A stretch of DNA of 5,698 nucleotides from a virus. A program made the position numbers and the translations under genes. The notes under the pieces are model-generated. The model did not search any database and was not told the DNA's origin. It saw only the letters and a program-made list of their open reading frames with translations. Shown here one piece after another: positions 4,849 to 5,698 of the stretch. Position 1 is the stretch's first letter. Each line of letters opens with the position of its first letter. The DNA is taken from positions 1 through 5,698 of the IMG/VR virus record IMGVR_UViG_3300045988_036782; one strand, 5' to 3'.

Positions 4849-5698
4849 ATGTCACTCACCTTGATGGGCCTGATCAAAGGCGGTCTGACTCTGGCAAGCA
4901 CGTTAGCCAGCATCTACAGCACCATCAAAGGCAGCACTTCGAGCGCACGACAGCAAGGCACTATGCAAAACACTGTCCAGAGCGGCACGACGATGGGAAC
5001 GACCGCACAGGATACTACAAGCACAGGCGGCAGCACTCAGACCGGCAACACAGGAGCACTGGGAAATCTACTGTCAACAGCACTCGGCACGCCGACCGGG
5101 AACAACGCAGGAGCAGCCGCAAACTTTAACGCCGGACAGGTGCAGACAGCCAACAATCTGCAAAACGGTATGTGGAGCCTGGGCAACGTCATCAACCTGG
5201 GAAGTATGCTGGCGTCCAACGCAATGAGTGCAGCAAGCCAAAGCAGCGCAATGCGGTACAACTCCAAAGAGGCCAAAGCTCAAAGAGACTGGCAAGAGCG
5301 TATGAGCAGCACCAGCTACCAGAGAGGCGTGGCAGACCTCAAAGCAGCAGGGCTCAATCCGGTACTGGCAGCATACAACGGCTTTGGAGCACAGACACCG
5401 TCAGGCGGGTACGGAAGCCTGGGCGGGGGTCAGACCTTCGGTCATACTCAGGCTATGGCAATACCGACGGCAAAAAATGCAACCATGCAAGCCATGTACG
5501 ATTATGGCAACAACACAGCTCAAATCGTAGAGAACTATCAAAACGCCATCAACAGCGCAAAACAATCGTCGGACTACCGGACAGCCGAACACCTTGAACA
5601 GATGCAGCAGCAGAGCGTAAGCAGCAGCGCTCAGACCGTGGGCCAGCTGGCAGAGGCCGTCAGAAGCAGCAGCGCTCAGACCTCGACCACCAGAGAAA
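4849..5698 (+). CDS. DNA pilot/minor capsid protein VP2 (H-like); open to the window end and completed by 56-132 on the circle (308 aa in total)
   Basis: RBS GGGGGTG (4837-4843), 5 nt before the ATG at 4849. Hydrophobic N-terminus, then a low-complexity G/T/S/Q/N region. Conserved gokushovirus VP2 motif WQERMSSTSYQRGVADLKAAGLNPVLA (about 5290-5370). Missing from the track because there is no in-window stop. Confidence 0.88.
   Translation, partial: MSLTLMGLIKGGLTLASTLASIYSTIKGSTSSARQQGTMQNTVQSGTTMGTTAQDTTSTGGSTQTGNTGALGNLLSTALGTPTGNNAGAAANFNAGQVQTANNLQNGMWSLGNVINLGSMLASNAMSAASQSSAMRYNSKEAKAQRDWQERMSSTSYQRGVADLKAAGLNPVLAAYNGFGAQTPSGGYGSLGGGQTFGHTQAMAIPTAKNATMQAMYDYGNNTAQIVENYQNAINSAKQSSDYRTAEHLEQMQQQSVSSSAQTVGQLAEAVRSSSAQTSTTRE
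5644..5698. repeat. Terminal redundancy (right copy), identical to 1-55
   Basis: Exact 55/55 match to the window start. Confidence 0.97.

Larger units (their letters stand above)
1..5643 (+). other. One complete unit of a circular Microviridae (Gokushovirinae-like) ssDNA phage genome, circularly permuted inside VP2
   Basis: The 55-nt terminal redundancy gives a 5,643-nt unit. A full gokushovirus gene set (VP1, VP2, VP3, VP4, VP5-like, J/VP8-like) lies on one strand. The circular order VP1-VP2-VP4-VP5-VP3 matches known gokushovirus synteny. Confidence 0.9.

Noticed and set aside
5172-5597. 141-aa highly basic ORF in an alternative frame inside VP2, plus the alternative-frame + ORFs 3831-4136 and 4641-4826 inside VP1. 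These could be overprinted genes, as occur in phiX174.
   Set aside because: There is no SD before any of them. VP2 is built from AGC/GCA/CAG-type codons, so shifted frames are intrinsically stop-poor and read as R/Q/S-rich. The products look like frame-shift shadows. Conservation with a depressed synonymous rate in VP2 or VP1 across relatives would be needed to revive this idea.
1-5698. Searched for tRNA or rRNA genes, CRISPR repeats, integrase, transposase, toxin partners for the RHH protein, and phiX-type D, G or E genes
   Set aside because: None found. There are no periodic repeat-spacer arrays, no cloverleaf-like segments, no additional unexplained ORF of at least 60 aa on the + strand, and no ORF adjacent to the RHH gene that could be a toxin.

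Overview
This window is a complete, circularly permuted ssDNA phage genome of the family Microviridae, Gokushovirinae-like. Bases 1-55 are identical to 5644-5698, so the unit length is 5,643 nt. Every gene I can support is on the + strand. In circular order: VP1 major capsid (3247-4836); VP2 pilot/minor capsid (4849 to the window end, closing in frame at 132); a 70-aa ribbon-helix-helix (RHH) protein (203-415); VP4 HUH replication initiator (562-1671); a 60-aa orphan ORF (1834-2016); three tightly coupled micro-ORFs missed by the ORF track (a 34-aa ORF, a 39-aa basic J/VP8-like protein, a 27-aa transmembrane peptide); a VP5-like protein (2509-2772); and VP3 internal scaffold (2753-3250). No tRNA, rRNA, CRISPR array, integrase or transposase is visible. 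Four things are unusual. (1) A CopG-like RHH gene sits directly upstream of Rep, as in rolling-circle plasmid copy-control cassettes. (2) Only two near-perfect sigma70 promoters are visible (133-161 and 1778-1806), and both carry GTGTA boxes in a strict 13-nt register over the -10 element, which suggests one repressor controls the whole genome. (3) A perfect 18-bp GC-rich hairpin lies immediately upstream of rep. (4) Base composition splits sharply, with an AT-rich regulatory/replication module (about 133-2290) and a GC-richer structural module (about 2292 to 132). Functional interpretations are inference from sequence only.
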